Assembly (NCBI GenBank): GCA_963668645.2
Contig: CAXXWC010000020.1
Coordinates: forward strand, 64,001-128,000
DNA from: Desulfobacterales bacterium
GTDB taxonomy: Bacteria; Desulfobacterota; Desulfobacteria; Desulfobacterales; UBA2174
Direction: 5' to 3'
Length of the DNA stretch: 64,000 nt
Part shown: positions 44,146 through 55,727 of the stretch, in pieces
How positions within the stretch are numbered: position 1 is the first letter of the stretch
Layout of the letters: the number at the start of each line of letters is the position of its first letter
Notes under the pieces: generated by a model
Databases searched by the model: none
The model's input: only the letters and a program-made list of their open reading frames with translations
What the model was told of the DNA's origin: nothing
Made by a program: the position numbers and the translations under genes

Positions 44146-45063
44146 TCAAAAAGGGGCGGCCGGTTGATCCAAACCGGCGGTTTGCGCCTGGCAGGCCAGC
44201 CAGCCGTCTCTTCCGATCAGCGCCGCCGGGTGGATGCCCGATTGCGGGATGTCCGGGCTGCGCGAGGCGAGGTCGCCGAGGGGCCTGAAGTCGATACCGC
44301 GGCGTGCGGCCTTGTCCAGGAAATCTTCCAACAGGGCCAGGCAACCGATCCCTTCCACTTCGGCGTGGAGGGTCAGTACGTTGAGCCGGCCGGGGCGGAT
44401 CATGGCGAGCAAACAGTCATTGTAGGTTTCCGGCGTGCATTTCAGGCCGATGAGCTCATCGTAGGTCGGAAGGGTGACCGGCACCTGGACATGGCGCAAC
44501 CGTCGGCCCGGGATGATGGGGTAAAAGCGGCCATGGCCGCGGCAGTCGGATTGGTATCGGAAAGCAAATTGCTCCAGGGCTGCAAGGGCCTCGGGGGTGA
44601 CCCGCCAGGCGGGGGCTGCAAAACTCTCGGGCGCCCTTCCCAGGATCTGCGTCAGCAGCCCCATCCCCTTTTTGACTTCATCGTACACGGCGGTTCGGTC
44701 CATCCTCTCGATCCGTGTCTGCCAGCGGTGATGGTCCCAGGCATGCAGTCCGACCTCGTGGCCCGCTTCGGCGGTTGCGCGGATCGGGCCCGGGCAGCGC
44801 CTGCCGATCACCGGACCGGGCCAAAGCGTTCCCCGCAAGAGGATATCCCAACCATAGAGACCGGCCGCCCGGGTTCTGAACATCTTGGCCAGAAAAGCGG
44901 GCCGCAGCAGGCGCCACAGATGGCGGCCCATGTTGTCCGGCCCCACCGAAAAAAAGAAGCTGGCCCGGATATGGCGGCGGCCCAGCGAAGCGATCAGGTT
45001 CGGGACCCCGAGGCGGGTGCCGCGCAGGGTGTCGACGTCTATACGCAGGCCGATAGGGCACAT
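44146..45063 (-). CDS. arnD: Undecaprenyl-P-L-Ara4FN deformylase ArnD
   Basis: [35 protein letters not shown]. Confidence 0.92.
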   Translation of the reverse strand: MCPIGLRIDVDTLRGTRLGVPNLIASLGRRHIRASFFFSVGPDNMGRHLWRLLRPAFLAKMFRTRAAGLYGWDILLRGTLWPGPVIGRRCPGPIRATAEAGHEVGLHAWDHHRWQTRIERMDRTAVYDEVKKGMGLLTQILGRAPESFAAPAWRVTPEALAALEQFAFRYQSDCRGHGRFYPIIPGRRLRHVQVPVTLPTYDELIGLKCTPETYNDCLLAMIRPGRLNVLTLHAEVEGIGCLALLEDFLDKAARRGIDFRPLGDLASRSPDIPQSGIHPAALIGRDGWLACQAQTAGLDQPAAPF

Positions 45064-47051
45064 GATCCGTCCGGGGTGCAGTCCACGACATCGTGGAGAA
45101 AGTAATCGAGGGTTTCATTGATCGACTGGGCAAAAGGCACCTTCGGCTGCCATCCCAGAATCCGCTGTGCCTCCCGGATGGAGGGACGGCGGTGCTGGAC
45201 GTCCTGGTAGCCCGATCCGTAAAACGCCCGCGCTTCGATGCACTGGATCCCGCCATCGGGAGGGAAGAAGCGGCGAAGCGGGTGGGCGGCGAATCTTTCC
45301 CGGAGCATGTCGGCCAGCTCTTGCATGCTGAATTCGTTGTCCGGGTTGCCGATATTGAAGATCCGGCCGTTGCAGCCCCCCTGCGGGTCCTCGATGATGC
45401 GGAACAGGCAGTCGATGCCGTCCTTGACATCGGTAAAGCAGCGCTTCTGGCGCCCGCCGTCCACCAGTCGAATCGGGGACCCCTGCACCAGGTTCAGGAT
45501 GAACTGGGTGATCACCCGGGAGCTGCCGATGCGGGCGGATTGCAGCGAGTCGAGTTTGGGGCCGACCCAGTTGAAGGGTCGAAACAGGGTGAAGGCCAGA
45601 CCGCGGTCGGCACCGTAGGCCCAGATCACCCGATCGAGCATCTGTTTGCTGCACGAGTAGATCCAACGCTGTTTGTGGATCGGCCCCAGGACGAAATTGG
45701 ATCGCTGCTCGTCAAACTCGGAATCGTCACACATGCCGTAGACCTCCGAGGTTGAGGGGAAAATCAAGCGCTTGCCGTATTTCACGCAATAGCGGACGAT
45801 GCGCAGGTTTTCCTCGAAATCGAGTTCGAACACCTTCAGGGGGTTGCGGACATACTCGATGGGGGTAGCGATGGCCACCAGCGGCAGGATGATGTCGCAC
45901 TTGCGCACATGATACTCGATCCATTCTCGCATGATCGAGATGTCCCCTTCGGTGAAATGAAAGTCCGCCCGTCCCATCAGGTGTTCAATACTGTTGGCGC
46001 ACAAATCCATGCCGTGCACTTCGTAGCGGCCGCTTTCCAGCAGCCGCTGGCTGAGATGGTTGCCGATAAAGCCGTTCACCCCGAGGATCAGCACATGCTT
46101 CTTGCGCCGCTGTTCCTGGACCGCATCCGTCCGGCCGTTGAATCGTATGCCGACGGCCAGGTTGAGCTCCTGCGCCAGTTGCCTGCCGCTCATGTAGACG
46201 CCGCCTTCAGGCTGGGCAAAGCGCACCTCAACCCCGCCGCGGCCGCAGGCGATGATCAATGGATCCGTGGAAACCACCGTGCCCGCAGATGCATCACCGG
46301 GACAGGTTGCGGCGGCGACCTGCCAAAAGAGGCATTTGTGATTGCCGAGCCAGGAAAAAGCGCCCGGATAGGGCCGGGTCACCGCCCGCACCAGGTTGCA
46401 CACGCTGCCGGCGTCCGTTGTCCAGTCGATGACGCCGTCCGCCGGTTTCCGCCCGCGGCAATAGCCGGCCTTCGACGGATCCTGCGGTCTGCGCCCGGCC
46501 CGGTTCTGGCGGATTTCCGGCAGCAGGTCGTCCAGCAGTCCGCCGGCCGCGACGGCAAGCTTTCGGTGAAGGCTGGTGGCCGTGTCGTCATCATCGATGG
46601 ATACGGGCTTTTGCCCGACGATGTCGCCGTCATCCGGCCGTTGCGTCATATGGTGCAGGGTGACCCCGGTTTGCTTTTCACCGTGGATCAGAACCCAATT
46701 CACCGGGCACCGGCCCCGATAGCGGGGCAAAAGCGAGCCGTGCAGGTTGAGGCACCCGAGCGGCGGAACAGCGAGAATCTCTTTGCCCACCAGGTTCCGG
46801 TAATAGAATGAAAAGAGGATCTGCGGCCCCATTTCCCTTATTTGGGCAACCCAGAGGGGATGGTTGATATCCTCCGGCACATAGACCGGGATACTGTGGG
46901 CCGCCGCCAGTTCGGCCACCGACTCGAACCAGAGATTCTCATTCGGATCGTCTCTATGGGTGAAGACCGCCTGGATTTCGAATCCATGGGCCAGGAGCGC
47001 TCTGATGCCGACGCATCCGATGTTATGGTAGGCAAGAACAACGGTTTTCAT
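45039..47051 (-). CDS. arnA: Bifunctional formyltransferase / UDP-GlcA dehydrogenase-decarboxylase ArnA
   Basis: [49 protein letters not shown]. Confidence 0.95.
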   Translation of the reverse strand: MKTVVLAYHNIGCVGIRALLAHGFEIQAVFTHRDDPNENLWFESVAELAAAHSIPVYVPEDINHPLWVAQIREMGPQILFSFYYRNLVGKEILAVPPLGCLNLHGSLLPRYRGRCPVNWVLIHGEKQTGVTLHHMTQRPDDGDIVGQKPVSIDDDDTATSLHRKLAVAAGGLLDDLLPEIRQNRAGRRPQDPSKAGYCRGRKPADGVIDWTTDAGSVCNLVRAVTRPYPGAFSWLGNHKCLFWQVAAATCPGDASAGTVVSTDPLIIACGRGGVEVRFAQPEGGVYMSGRQLAQELNLAVGIRFNGRTDAVQEQRRKKHVLILGVNGFIGNHLSQRLLESGRYEVHGMDLCANSIEHLMGRADFHFTEGDISIMREWIEYHVRKCDIILPLVAIATPIEYVRNPLKVFELDFEENLRIVRYCVKYGKRLIFPSTSEVYGMCDDSEFDEQRSNFVLGPIHKQRWIYSCSKQMLDRVIWAYGADRGLAFTLFRPFNWVGPKLDSLQSARIGSSRVITQFILNLVQGSPIRLVDGGRQKRCFTDVKDGIDCLFRIIEDPQGGCNGRIFNIGNPDNEFSMQELADMLRERFAAHPLRRFFPPDGGIQCIEARAFYGSGYQDVQHRRPSIREAQRILGWQPKVPFAQSINETLDYFLHDVVDCTPDGSCALSACV

Positions 47052-48076
47052 GGGGTTCTCCTGAACGCAGGTCCAGCCGTTGCGATCCGCAACCCGGCCT
47101 GCGATTCGGTGCCGGATTGGCCACCCCTTGTCACCGGTGGGGGGGCGCCATGAATTGCGTGGATGAAAAAACGGGGTCTGCTGCGAACATCGTGATAGAT
47201 CCGTCCGATGTATTCGCCGAGCAGCCCGAGGCCGATAAATTGGGCGCCGATAAAGACAAAAAGGACGGCAAAGAGCGTGAACACCCCCTCGCCGGCCCAC
47301 ACGGCCCCGTAGACCAGCCGCAGGACCATGAGCACGGCCCCGAAACCGACGCCGGAGGCGGCGATTACCGCTCCCAGCAAAGAGAGCAGGCGCAAGGGAA
47401 AGGTGGACATGGCGGTGAGCAGGTCGAACTGGAGCGAAACCAGTTTGATGATACCGTACTTGGAACTGCCGTTTTCGCGGCGTGCGTGCTGCACCTGGAT
47501 TTCGGCGGTTTTGCCGGCAAAGCTGTTTGCCAGAATGGGAATGAAGGTGGACCGTTCCGTGCATTGGAGCATGGCCTCGACCACCGGGCGCCGGTAGGCC
47601 CGCAGCATGCACCCGTAATCATGCATCATCACGCCGGTGGCCTGCCGGACCATACGGTTGACCAGCGCCGAGGCCATGCGGCGGAAGACCGAGTCCTGCC
47701 GGCATCGGCGCACCGTCCCCACGACATCCACGCCCCGGTCCATCTCGCGCACCAGGTTCGGGATCTCCTCGGGAGGATTTTGAAGATCGGCATCCAGGGT
47801 GACGACGATCTCTCCCCGGCTTTGCTCCAGACCGGCGAACACGGCGGCGTGCTGCCCGTAATTGCGGTTTAAGATCACGCCGATCACCTCGGGGTGACGC
47901 TTGGCGGACCGGGCGAGGATCTCGTGAGAACCGTCCAGGCTGCCGTCATCCACCAGGATGATCTCGAAGGGCCGCCCGGTGGTGCGGCAGGCCGACAGAC
48001 AACGCGCGATGAGTTCAGGCAGGTTTTTTTCTTCATTATAGGCCGGGATGACGAGCGAAAGCGCCGGTGCGTTCAT
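47048..48076 (-). CDS. arnC: Undecaprenyl-phosphate L-Ara4FN transferase ArnC (GT2)
   Basis: [38 protein letters not shown]. Confidence 0.92.
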   Translation of the reverse strand: MNAPALSLVIPAYNEEKNLPELIARCLSACRTTGRPFEIILVDDGSLDGSHEILARSAKRHPEVIGVILNRNYGQHAAVFAGLEQSRGEIVVTLDADLQNPPEEIPNLVREMDRGVDVVGTVRRCRQDSVFRRMASALVNRMVRQATGVMMHDYGCMLRAYRRPVVEAMLQCTERSTFIPILANSFAGKTAEIQVQHARRENGSSKYGIIKLVSLQFDLLTAMSTFPLRLLSLLGAVIAASGVGFGAVLMVLRLVYGAVWAGEGVFTLFAVLFVFIGAQFIGLGLLGEYIGRIYHDVRSRPRFFIHAIHGAPPPVTRGGQSGTESQAGLRIATAGPAFRRTP

Positions 48077-49221
48077 GCGAGCACCTCTTTGATGGTCGCG
48101 ACCACCTCTTGCACCTCTTCCGCAGTCATGTCGGCAAACAGGGGAAGGGAACAGATCCGATCCGAATTCCACTCGGTGTTCGGCAGGCGGCCTGGGGCCA
48201 GGTGCAACGTCTCGCGGTAGTATTGCTGCCGGTGCACCGCCTTGAAATGGATGCCGGTGCCGATATTGCGCTTTTTCAGCTCCGCCATGAAGATCTGCCG
48301 ATCCATGCCGGCGCGCCGGGTGGCCAGACGGACAACGAAAAGGTGCCAGGCGTGGCGCACGGGATGCGACGGTAGGGCAAGAGGCCGGATTTCATCCACG
48401 TCGCTGAGCAGTTCCCGGTAGCGGGCGGCCAGAAGCGCCCGTTTGCGGTTGAATTCATCCAGCCGGCGCAGTTGACCCAGCCCGAGGACCGCCGCCATAT
48501 CGGTCAGGTTGTACTTGAATCCGGGCGCCTGCACTTCGGCCTGGGCGGACCGGCCCTGCATGAGGCGGTCATGGGCATCCACGCCAAGCCCGTGAAACCT
48601 CAGGCGGCGGATGCGTTCGATAAGATCGGGGCTGTCGGTACAAAACATCCCTCCCTCGGCGCAGGTCATGTTTTTGATGGGATGAAAGGAAAAGATTGCG
48701 GTGCCGCGCCGGCCGATCTTTTCCCCCCGGTATTCGGCGCCAGCGGCATGGGCCGCGTCTTCGACCAGATGGATACCCTTGGCCGAAGCCAGTTGCCGCA
48801 GCGGGTCCATGTCTACTGCCGCGCCGGCAAAATGCACCGGAACGATCAGCCGGGTACGCTCGGTGACCAGCGGTTCAACGGCTTCGGCCGAGAGCAGGAG
48901 GGTATCACGGTCGATATCCGCGAAAACCGGGGTGGCACCGCAAAGCACGATGAGGTTGACCGTGGAAACCCAGGTCATCGAGGGGGTGATCACCTCGTCG
49001 CCGGGTCCGATGCCCAAGGCGGTCAGCAGAAGATGCATGCCCGCAGTGCCGGAAGACAGGGCCGCGGTTGCCCCGGCATTACAGTAGGCTTGGAAGGCCG
49101 CTTCAAACTCGGCCGTTTTCGGGCCGGTGGTGATCCACCCGGAGCGCAGGACAGCGGCCACCGCTTCGATTTCCGGCTCGCTGATGGACGGTCTGGAAAA
49201 CGGCAGGAAGGAAGAACGCAT
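48073..49221 (-). CDS. arnB: UDP-L-Ara4O aminotransferase ArnB
   Basis: FLPFSRP, SGWITTGPK, EDAAHA, FSFHPIKNMTCAEGG, PGFKYNL. Confidence 0.93.
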   Translation of the reverse strand: MRSSFLPFSRPSISEPEIEAVAAVLRSGWITTGPKTAEFEAAFQAYCNAGATAALSSGTAGMHLLLTALGIGPGDEVITPSMTWVSTVNLIVLCGATPVFADIDRDTLLLSAEAVEPLVTERTRLIVPVHFAGAAVDMDPLRQLASAKGIHLVEDAAHAAGAEYRGEKIGRRGTAIFSFHPIKNMTCAEGGMFCTDSPDLIERIRRLRFHGLGVDAHDRLMQGRSAQAEVQAPGFKYNLTDMAAVLGLGQLRRLDEFNRKRALLAARYRELLSDVDEIRPLALPSHPVRHAWHLFVVRLATRRAGMDRQIFMAELKKRNIGTGIHFKAVHRQQYYRETLHLAPGRLPNTEWNSDRICSLPLFADMTAEEVQEVVATIKEVLA

Positions 49222-49317
49222 ATCTGTTTGCCCTCGAACGCGAAATACGATCACCGCCGTGTATGGCGGCCAGAAGAACCGGTCCGCATCCTTGCGGGTC
49301 AACCCGATTCGACGGGC

Positions 49318-49350
49318 AATGTAGCAGGTCAAAATGAAGAAAGAATGAAG
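49318..49350 (-). promoter_or_regulatory. OmpR/PmrA-type direct-repeat activator site plus -10 element of the arn operon
   Basis: Minus strand CTTCAT-N5-CTTCAT-N10-TACATT, ~100 nt upstream of arnB. Confidence 0.6.
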
Positions 49351-49434
49351 ACGGGGGCAGGAAAAACGGTTCTCGCAAGGATGAACGGTTCGCTTCAGCG
49401 CCAGAGGCGCTGCCGGATCACGGTCTTTGGCTGA

Positions 49435-50643
49435 TTAATCGCTTTGAGATCCGGGCGTTGATAATTCCGGTTTCAGGGAGGCGGCCATCAAGAGCCCCCC
49501 GCCAAGGGCGATCCCGGCGCTGACCAGAAACAGCGGCCGCGCTCCCAGAACCTCGAAGAGATACCCGTTGAGAAAAAATCCGGCCATCAACCCGAGCCCG
49601 TAGGTCACCGCGTTGTTGAGGGCTTGGCCGAGGGTCTTGGCTTCAGGCGGCATCAGCGTGTCGATATACAGGATGCTGGCCATGTGAAAGGCCCCGTAGG
49701 TCACGGCGTGCAGCAGCTGGGTGGCCACGATGGCCGCAGGGGCGCTGGCGGACCAGACCAGGAACCAGCGCAGGGCTGCGGCCCCGAAGGAGAAGACCAG
49801 CACCTGGTTCAGGGAAAAGCGGCCGAAAAGTTTTTCTGAACTGAGCATGGCCACGATTTCGGCCATGGACGCCAGGGCCCAGGCCATGGCGATAAAAGGC
49901 GGCGTGTGGCCGCATTGCTCCAGGTAGATGGAAAAAAAACCGTAGTAGGCGCCGTGGCTGACCAGCATGAGAAAGGCGCCGCCCAAAAAGAGCCACAGGC
50001 GCGGCTGGTAAAGCGGTTTGGCCCCGCGCCACACCGGCCGTCCCGGGCCGGAGGCTGGCCGCGGCAGGGCTGTGGCGAAGAGGGCCTGGAGGGCCGAGCC
50101 GACCAGAATCAAAATCAGAATGATTTGTACCGGGTGGCGGGAGAGCACCTGGCCCATGGCCAGGACCACGACGATAAAGCCGATGGACCCCCAGGCCCGC
50201 AGGGCGCCGTAGCGCCGTTTGCGTTCGCCCAGGGCGTCCAGGCTGAACGCTTCGAGAAAGGAGATCAGCGGGGCGTAGAAGATCCCGTAGACCAGGGTGA
50301 CCAGGAGCATCGGGACGAACCGGTCGCTGGCCATGTAAAAAGACCAGGCAACCGCGCTGGCCAGGCTGCAACCGATGAAGATGGCCCGCCGGCGGTGGAA
50401 GCGGTCGGCCAGCACCGACCAGGCCAGGGCCGAAACCACCAGCACCACCGAGCGCAGGGCCGAGATGATCCCGATCTGGAGGCCGGAAAAACCGATGTGG
50501 TAGCAGTAGAGGTTGAAATACGGCAGGTAGATGCCAAAGACACCGAAGTAAAGCAGGTATTGGAGGCCCACCAGGGCCAGGTGCGGCCGCGATCCGTCTG
50601 CTTGCATGCCGGTCATGATAGCCTGAAAGCGGCTTGCGGGCAA
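49435..50643 (-). CDS. MFS transporter (HcaT/MFS_1-like)
   Basis: Multi-TM pattern, YFGVFGIYLPYF, YGALRAWGSIGF, QLLHAVTYG. Confidence 0.88.
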   Translation of the reverse strand: MPASRFQAIMTGMQADGSRPHLALVGLQYLLYFGVFGIYLPYFNLYCYHIGFSGLQIGIISALRSVVLVVSALAWSVLADRFHRRRAIFIGCSLASAVAWSFYMASDRFVPMLLVTLVYGIFYAPLISFLEAFSLDALGERKRRYGALRAWGSIGFIVVVLAMGQVLSRHPVQIILILILVGSALQALFATALPRPASGPGRPVWRGAKPLYQPRLWLFLGGAFLMLVSHGAYYGFFSIYLEQCGHTPPFIAMAWALASMAEIVAMLSSEKLFGRFSLNQVLVFSFGAAALRWFLVWSASAPAAIVATQLLHAVTYGAFHMASILYIDTLMPPEAKTLGQALNNAVTYGLGLMAGFFLNGYLFEVLGARPLFLVSAGIALGGGLLMAASLKPELSTPGSQSD

Positions 50644-50664
50644 AGCCTATCGCTTGTTCGGGCG

Positions 50665-51120
50665 TCAATCGATGGCGATGGGAATCTTGCGGACCTTTTC
50701 AGCCTCGGGTTTGGGAATGCGGATCTCCAGGACCCCGTCCTTGAAGCGCGCTGAAATGGAGGACGGGTCCACCGGGGCACGCATGCGGAACGTGCGCCTG
50801 AAGGTGCCGCAACCGCGTTCCTTGAGAATGTAGCCCTGGTCGGGCACGGGGGCGTCGTCGGCATCGCCGCGCTTGCCGCTCAGGGTCAAGACCTCGTCTT
50901 TGATCTCAAGGGCGATCTGCTCCTTGGCCACCCCGGGCAAATCCGCCACCACCACCATGCCCTGATCGTCCTCGTAAATATCCACATCGGGTTTCCAGGC
51001 GCAGGCGGCCAAGGCCTCGTCCCCTCCCGATGCGCTGCTGAAGGCCTCCTCGAACATACGGTTGATCCGGTCCTGAAGCCTGGAAAGGTTGTTAAAGGGC
51101 TCCCAGCGAATGATGGCCAT
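50665..51120 (-). CDS. Hsp20/alpha-crystallin protein
   Basis: PDVDIYE, DLPGV, ERGCGTFRRTF, FKDGVLEIRIPK. Confidence 0.93.
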   Translation of the reverse strand: MAIIRWEPFNNLSRLQDRINRMFEEAFSSASGGDEALAACAWKPDVDIYEDDQGMVVVADLPGVAKEQIALEIKDEVLTLSGKRGDADDAPVPDQGYILKERGCGTFRRTFRMRAPVDPSSISARFKDGVLEIRIPKPEAEKVRKIPIAID

Positions 51121-51152
51121 ATCCCCTCCTTGGGTGACGGTGTCAACGTTTT

Positions 51153-51180
51153 ATTCTAACCACCGCGCAGGCCGAGTCAA
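51153..51180 (-). promoter_or_regulatory. Sigma70-like promoter of the leftward hsp20
   Basis: Minus strand TTGACT-16 bp-TAGAAT. Confidence 0.55.
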
Positions 51181-51403
51181 GGTGGGCGGCAGGGTGCCGA
51201 TTTTGGAAAATTCCATAAGATTTCAACCCTCTGCCGTTTCGGCCGCCCTTTACAAGGCCTCTTTTCGATGTTAGGTTTAGCAGCGTTTGCCGCTGTTGGA
51301 CGCCGCCGGCCCCAGCCGGAGCGGCCCCGGAGCGAAGCGCTGCGTTCGAAAATGACGGCGCGTCCGACTGCCATGCGCCACCGATCAACCCCAGGAGCCG
51401 AAC

Positions 51404-51853
51404 ATGGACTATATCAAAATTCGCTTTGGCAAGGATTTCGATCCGCTGGGATCAGGCTTCGAGCGAACCCTGGAGGACATCTTCCGCCCGCGTGCGGTCA
51501 ATCCGATGTTCAGCAGCTCCGGCAGTTGGACCCCTCCCATGGACATCTGCGAAACCCCGGAAGAAATCTTGCTGTGGGCAGAGATTTCCGGCGTTTCGAA
51601 GGAAGACCTGGAGGTGGAGATCAACAGCCGCGCGGTGCGTATCCACGGCCAGCGCAGTGAACCGCCGCGAAGCCGCAACGCCACCTACCGCCTGGCGGAG
51701 ATCCAGTACGGGCGTTTCGAACGGATCATTTACCTGCCGGCGCCCATTGATCCTGAGGTGGTCTCTTCGTCTTACACCAACGGCTTTTTGCAGATCCGGC
51801 TGGCCAAGCTGCAGCAGGACAAACCGCAGCGAATCCAGATCCTGGACGGATGA
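51404..51853 (+). CDS. Hsp20/alpha-crystallin protein
   Basis: [28 protein letters not shown]. Confidence 0.9.
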   Translation: MDYIKIRFGKDFDPLGSGFERTLEDIFRPRAVNPMFSSSGSWTPPMDICETPEEILLWAEISGVSKEDLEVEINSRAVRIHGQRSEPPRSRNATYRLAEIQYGRFERIIYLPAPIDPEVVSSSYTNGFLQIRLAKLQQDKPQRIQILDG

Positions 51854-51923
51854 CGACGATGCCCGGCCGCTGGAGCCGTTACTGCAATCGGCAAGCCTTT
51901 TCGCTTTTTTCGTGGAGGTCCCC

Positions 51924-54281
51924 ATGACAGAGACGCAAACGCAGGCCGCGATAAATCCGGAGAACCTGCCCGACGTCGTACCGATTCTGCCGCTTTTCGA
52001 CGCTGCCCTTTTCCCCAAAATGGTGCTTCCCCTGGTGGTGATGGAAGGGGACTCGGTGCGCCTGGTGGATGAGGCCATGGCGGCCAAACGGATCGTCGGA
52101 CTGCTGGTTTCCAAAAACCCCCCCGGGGAAAACAAGCAGGCCAAAGCCCTGATCGAAGATATGGCCGAGTTCGGCACAGCCGCCATCATCCTCAAGATGG
52201 CCAAAACCGAGGACAACCGGGCTCAGATGCTCGTTCAGGGCCTGGGGCGCTTCAAGGTTCAGGACTTCGTGGACGGAAAACCGTATCTCCAGGCCCGGGT
52301 GACCCATCTAGAAGACATCGAATATCATGACACGGAGATCGAGGCCCTCAAGACCAATCTGCAAAACCTCTTCGTGCGTATCGTGGAGCTGTCGCCGGGG
52401 CTGCCCCAGGAGATCGCGGTCATGGGCAAATCGATCCAGGAGCCGGGCATCCTGGCCGACATGGTCGCCTCGACCATCAACACTTCCGTGGTGGAAAAAC
52501 AGCAGGTGCTCGAATCCATCGACATCAAGGAACGGCTGCGCACCGTGACCCGCATCGCCACCCAGCAGCTTGAAATACTCGAGCTGGGCAACAAGATCCA
52601 GAGCCAGGTCAAGGGGGACATGGAACGCAGCCAGCGCGAGTACTACCTGCGCCAGCAGCTCAAGGCGATCAAGGAGGAGCTGGGGGAAAAGGATGAAAGC
52701 CAGGTGGAGGTGGAAGACTACCGGGCCCGCGTCGAGGCGGCCAACCTGCCGCCCGAGGCCCTGAAAGAGGCCGAGCGCGAAGTCGGCCGCCTGGCGCGCA
52801 TGCATCCGTCTTCTGCCGAGTACACGGTGGCGGCCACCTACCTGGACTGGATCACCTCTTTGCCCTGGCACGCCACCACCGAGGACAACCTGGATATCAA
52901 CAAGGCCCAGCAGGTTCTCGACGAGGACCATTACGGCCTGCAAAAGGTCAAGAAACGCATCGTGGAATACCTGGCGGTGCGCAAGCTCAAGCCCGACTCC
53001 AAGGGGCCGATCCTTTGTTTCGTCGGTCCCCCGGGCACGGGCAAGACATCCCTGGGGCGCAGCATCGCGCGGGCTCTGGGGCGTAAATTTCACCGCATCG
53101 CCCTGGGCGGGGTCCGCGACGAGGCCGAAATCCGCGGCCACCGGCGCACCTACGTGGGCGCCCTGCCGGGACGCATCATCCAGGGCCTGCGCCGGGCCGA
53201 ATCGAAAAACCCGATTTTCATGCTCGATGAGATCGACAAGGTGGGAAGCGATTTTCGCGGCGATCCGTCTTCGGCCCTGCTCGAGGTTCTTGATCCGGAG
53301 CAGAATTTTTCCTTTTCCGACCATTATCTCGATGTGCCCTTCGATCTTTCCAAGGTGATGTTCATCACCACCGCCAACATGCTCGACACGGTGCCGCCGG
53401 CCCTGCTCGACCGCATGGAGGTGCTAGAACTGGTGGGCTATACCGAGGACGAGAAGGTCAAGATCGCCCAGCGCTATCTTGTCCCGCGCCAGCGCGAGGC
53501 CCACGGTCTGAACGCCAGCCAGGTCAAGTTTACCGAAGGGGCCTTGCGGCGCATCATCGGCGGCTACACCCGGGAAGCGGGACTGCGCAACCTGGAACGG
53601 GAAATCGCCACCGTCTGCCGCGGCGTAGCCACCCTGATCGCCCAGGAAAAGGCGACCTCCGTGACCATCCGCATCCGCGATCTGCACCGGTATCTGGGAC
53701 CCGAAAAATTGGTGCCGGAAGCCGCCGAGCGGACCCTGACCCCGGGGGTGGCCATGGGGCTGGCCTGGACCCCGGTGGGCGGCAGCCTCCTTTTTATCGA
53801 GGCCACGGCCATGAAAGGGGGCAAGGGACTGACCCTGACCGGCCAACTGGGCGATGTGATGAAAGAATCGGCCACCGCGGCCCTGAGCTTTATCCGCGCC
53901 AACGCCAAATCCCTCGGGGTGGACGAAAAATTCTACGAAACCCGCGACCTGCACATTCACGTGCCGGCCGGGGCCATTCCCAAGGACGGCCCTTCGGCCG
54001 GGGTGACCATGCTCACCGCGCTGGCCTCTTTGCTCACCGGGCGCAAGGTCAAAAAAAATCTGGCCATGACCGGTGAAATCACCCTGCGCGGCCAGGTCCT
54101 GCCGGTGGGCGGAATCAAGGAAAAGATCCTGGCGGCGCACCGGGCCGGGATTCGTGAGATCATCATGCCCAAACGCAACGAAAAGGACCTCGAGGACGTT
54201 CCCGAGCCGGTCAAGCAACAGATCGCGTTTCACTTCGTTGAAAAGATGCGCGATGTGATCAGGATCGCGCTCGATGCCTGA
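51924..54281 (+). CDS. lon: ATP-dependent protease Lon
   Basis: [47 protein letters not shown] before ATG 51924. Confidence 0.97.
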   Translation: MTETQTQAAINPENLPDVVPILPLFDAALFPKMVLPLVVMEGDSVRLVDEAMAAKRIVGLLVSKNPPGENKQAKALIEDMAEFGTAAIILKMAKTEDNRAQMLVQGLGRFKVQDFVDGKPYLQARVTHLEDIEYHDTEIEALKTNLQNLFVRIVELSPGLPQEIAVMGKSIQEPGILADMVASTINTSVVEKQQVLESIDIKERLRTVTRIATQQLEILELGNKIQSQVKGDMERSQREYYLRQQLKAIKEELGEKDESQVEVEDYRARVEAANLPPEALKEAEREVGRLARMHPSSAEYTVAATYLDWITSLPWHATTEDNLDINKAQQVLDEDHYGLQKVKKRIVEYLAVRKLKPDSKGPILCFVGPPGTGKTSLGRSIARALGRKFHRIALGGVRDEAEIRGHRRTYVGALPGRIIQGLRRAESKNPIFMLDEIDKVGSDFRGDPSSALLEVLDPEQNFSFSDHYLDVPFDLSKVMFITTANMLDTVPPALLDRMEVLELVGYTEDEKVKIAQRYLVPRQREAHGLNASQVKFTEGALRRIIGGYTREAGLRNLEREIATVCRGVATLIAQEKATSVTIRIRDLHRYLGPEKLVPEAAERTLTPGVAMGLAWTPVGGSLLFIEATAMKGGKGLTLTGQLGDVMKESATAALSFIRANAKSLGVDEKFYETRDLHIHVPAGAIPKDGPSAGVTMLTALASLLTGRKVKKNLAMTGEITLRGQVLPVGGIKEKILAAHRAGIREIIMPKRNEKDLEDVPEPVKQQIAFHFVEKMRDVIRIALDA

Positions 54282-55134
54282 CCGGAAGGTGCAGCAGGAT
54301 GGGGCGGCCGCGTTGAAAGGCGCGGGTCCGGCCTCTGGCCGGGCCGGTACCGGTCTTGGCTGGTTCGCTTGGCTCCTGATCCTCTGGCTGGCGGCCGGGT
54401 GCGCATCCGAACCGCGTCCTGTTTTAACGGTTCCGCCCGGTGCACCCGAACCGGCACGGCAGCCGCCCGCGCCGCCGGAAGCCCCCCGGCTGCCCAAGCC
54501 GTACGCCATCGACGGCAAGTGGTATCAACCCCTGCCCAGTGCCCAGGGCTATGTGGAAGAGGGTCTGGCCTCCTGGTACGGCCGGCAGTTTCACGGGCGG
54601 CCCACCGCCAACGGCGAGTCGTACGACATGTATGCGGTCAGCGCGGCGCACAAGACCCTGCCGCTGGGCACCTGGGTCGAGGTGCAAAACCTGGAAAACG
54701 GCCGGAGTCTGGATCTGCGCATCAACGACCGCGGCCCATTCGTCGACGGGCGCATCATCGATCTTTCTTACGGGGCGGCCCGCAAACTGGGGGTGGTCGA
54801 ACCGGGAACGGCCCGGGTGAAGGTCGTTGCCCTGGGGCGGCGGACGGCCGCAGCCGGGCCGGGGCAGGCACCGGTCTATGCGCCCCTGGACTACGATCAC
54901 GGCAACTTCACCTTCCAGGTGGGGGCGTTCAAGGAGCCGGCCAATGCCTACCGCCTGCGCGACCGCCTGGCCCCCGCCTACGCCAACGTACACATCACGA
55001 CCTATTTTCATGCCGACCACGGCAATCTGTACGGCGTGCGCCTCGGGCGTGCCACGATCCTCTCGGAGGCGGCCCGTTTCAAGGCGCAGCTGCGCGCCGC
55101 CGGCTTCGATGGGGCCTTTACCATCGCCGAATGA
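54274..55134 (+). CDS. rlpA: Septal ring lytic transglycosylase RlpA (lipoprotein, SPOR domain)
   Basis: AAGC lipobox, GLASWYG, AAHKTLP, INDRGPF, QVGAF; start uncertain. Confidence 0.9.
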   Translation: MPDRKVQQDGAAALKGAGPASGRAGTGLGWFAWLLILWLAAGCASEPRPVLTVPPGAPEPARQPPAPPEAPRLPKPYAIDGKWYQPLPSAQGYVEEGLASWYGRQFHGRPTANGESYDMYAVSAAHKTLPLGTWVEVQNLENGRSLDLRINDRGPFVDGRIIDLSYGAARKLGVVEPGTARVKVVALGRRTAAAGPGQAPVYAPLDYDHGNFTFQVGAFKEPANAYRLRDRLAPAYANVHITTYFHADHGNLYGVRLGRATILSEAARFKAQLRAAGFDGAFTIAE

Positions 55135-55727
55135 GCCCGGCGAGCAGGAGCATGATGACTCAGCCGGTGGTCTTTCTCGATCGCGATGGGGTGATCAACC
55201 ACGACTCGGACGCCTATATCAAGGGCTGGGCCGAATTCCGGTTCATCCCCGGCAGCCTTGAAGCGCTAAAGCGGCTTACGGCGGCCGGGTTCGCCCTGGT
55301 GGTGGTCACCAACCAGTCGGGCATCGGCCGCGGCCTGATCAGCCTGGCGGACCTTGAAGAGATCCACACCCGCATGGGCGAGGCCGTCCGGCGCCATGGC
55401 GGCCGGCTTCGCGACGTCCTTTTTTGCCCCCATTTGCCGCAGGAAGGATGTTGCTGCCGCAAGCCTCACCCCGGCCTGATCGAGGCGGCCTGCCGGCGCC
55501 ACGGCCTGGATCCGGCCGCCGCCGTAATGGTGGGCGACAGCGCCAGGGACATCCTCTGCGGCCGCAACGCCGGATGCCGGGCGACGGTGCTGGTGCGCAC
55601 CGGCCGCTGGGGCCCGGCGCTGGCCGAACTGCAACGCCAGGATGCGGCCCCGGACGCGGTGTGCGACGATCTGGCCGCTGCCGCCGGATGGATCATGGGG
55701 CGCTTTACCCGGAGGATCCTTTCATGA
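55131..55727 (+). CDS. gmhB: D-glycero-D-manno-heptose 1,7-bisphosphate phosphatase
   Basis: FLDRDGVIN, TNQSGIGRG, CPH..C.CRKP, MVGD. Confidence 0.9.
   Translation: MSPASRSMMTQPVVFLDRDGVINHDSDAYIKGWAEFRFIPGSLEALKRLTAAGFALVVVTNQSGIGRGLISLADLEEIHTRMGEAVRRHGGRLRDVLFCPHLPQEGCCCRKPHPGLIEAACRRHGLDPAAAVMVGDSARDILCGRNAGCRATVLVRTGRWGPALAELQRQDAAPDAVCDDLAAAAGWIMGRFTRRILS

Noticed and set aside
51277..51300. CIRCE element between the hsp20 genes
   Set aside because: Only TTAGCA matches; the spacer and right arm do not fit TTAGCACTC-N9-GAGTGCTAA
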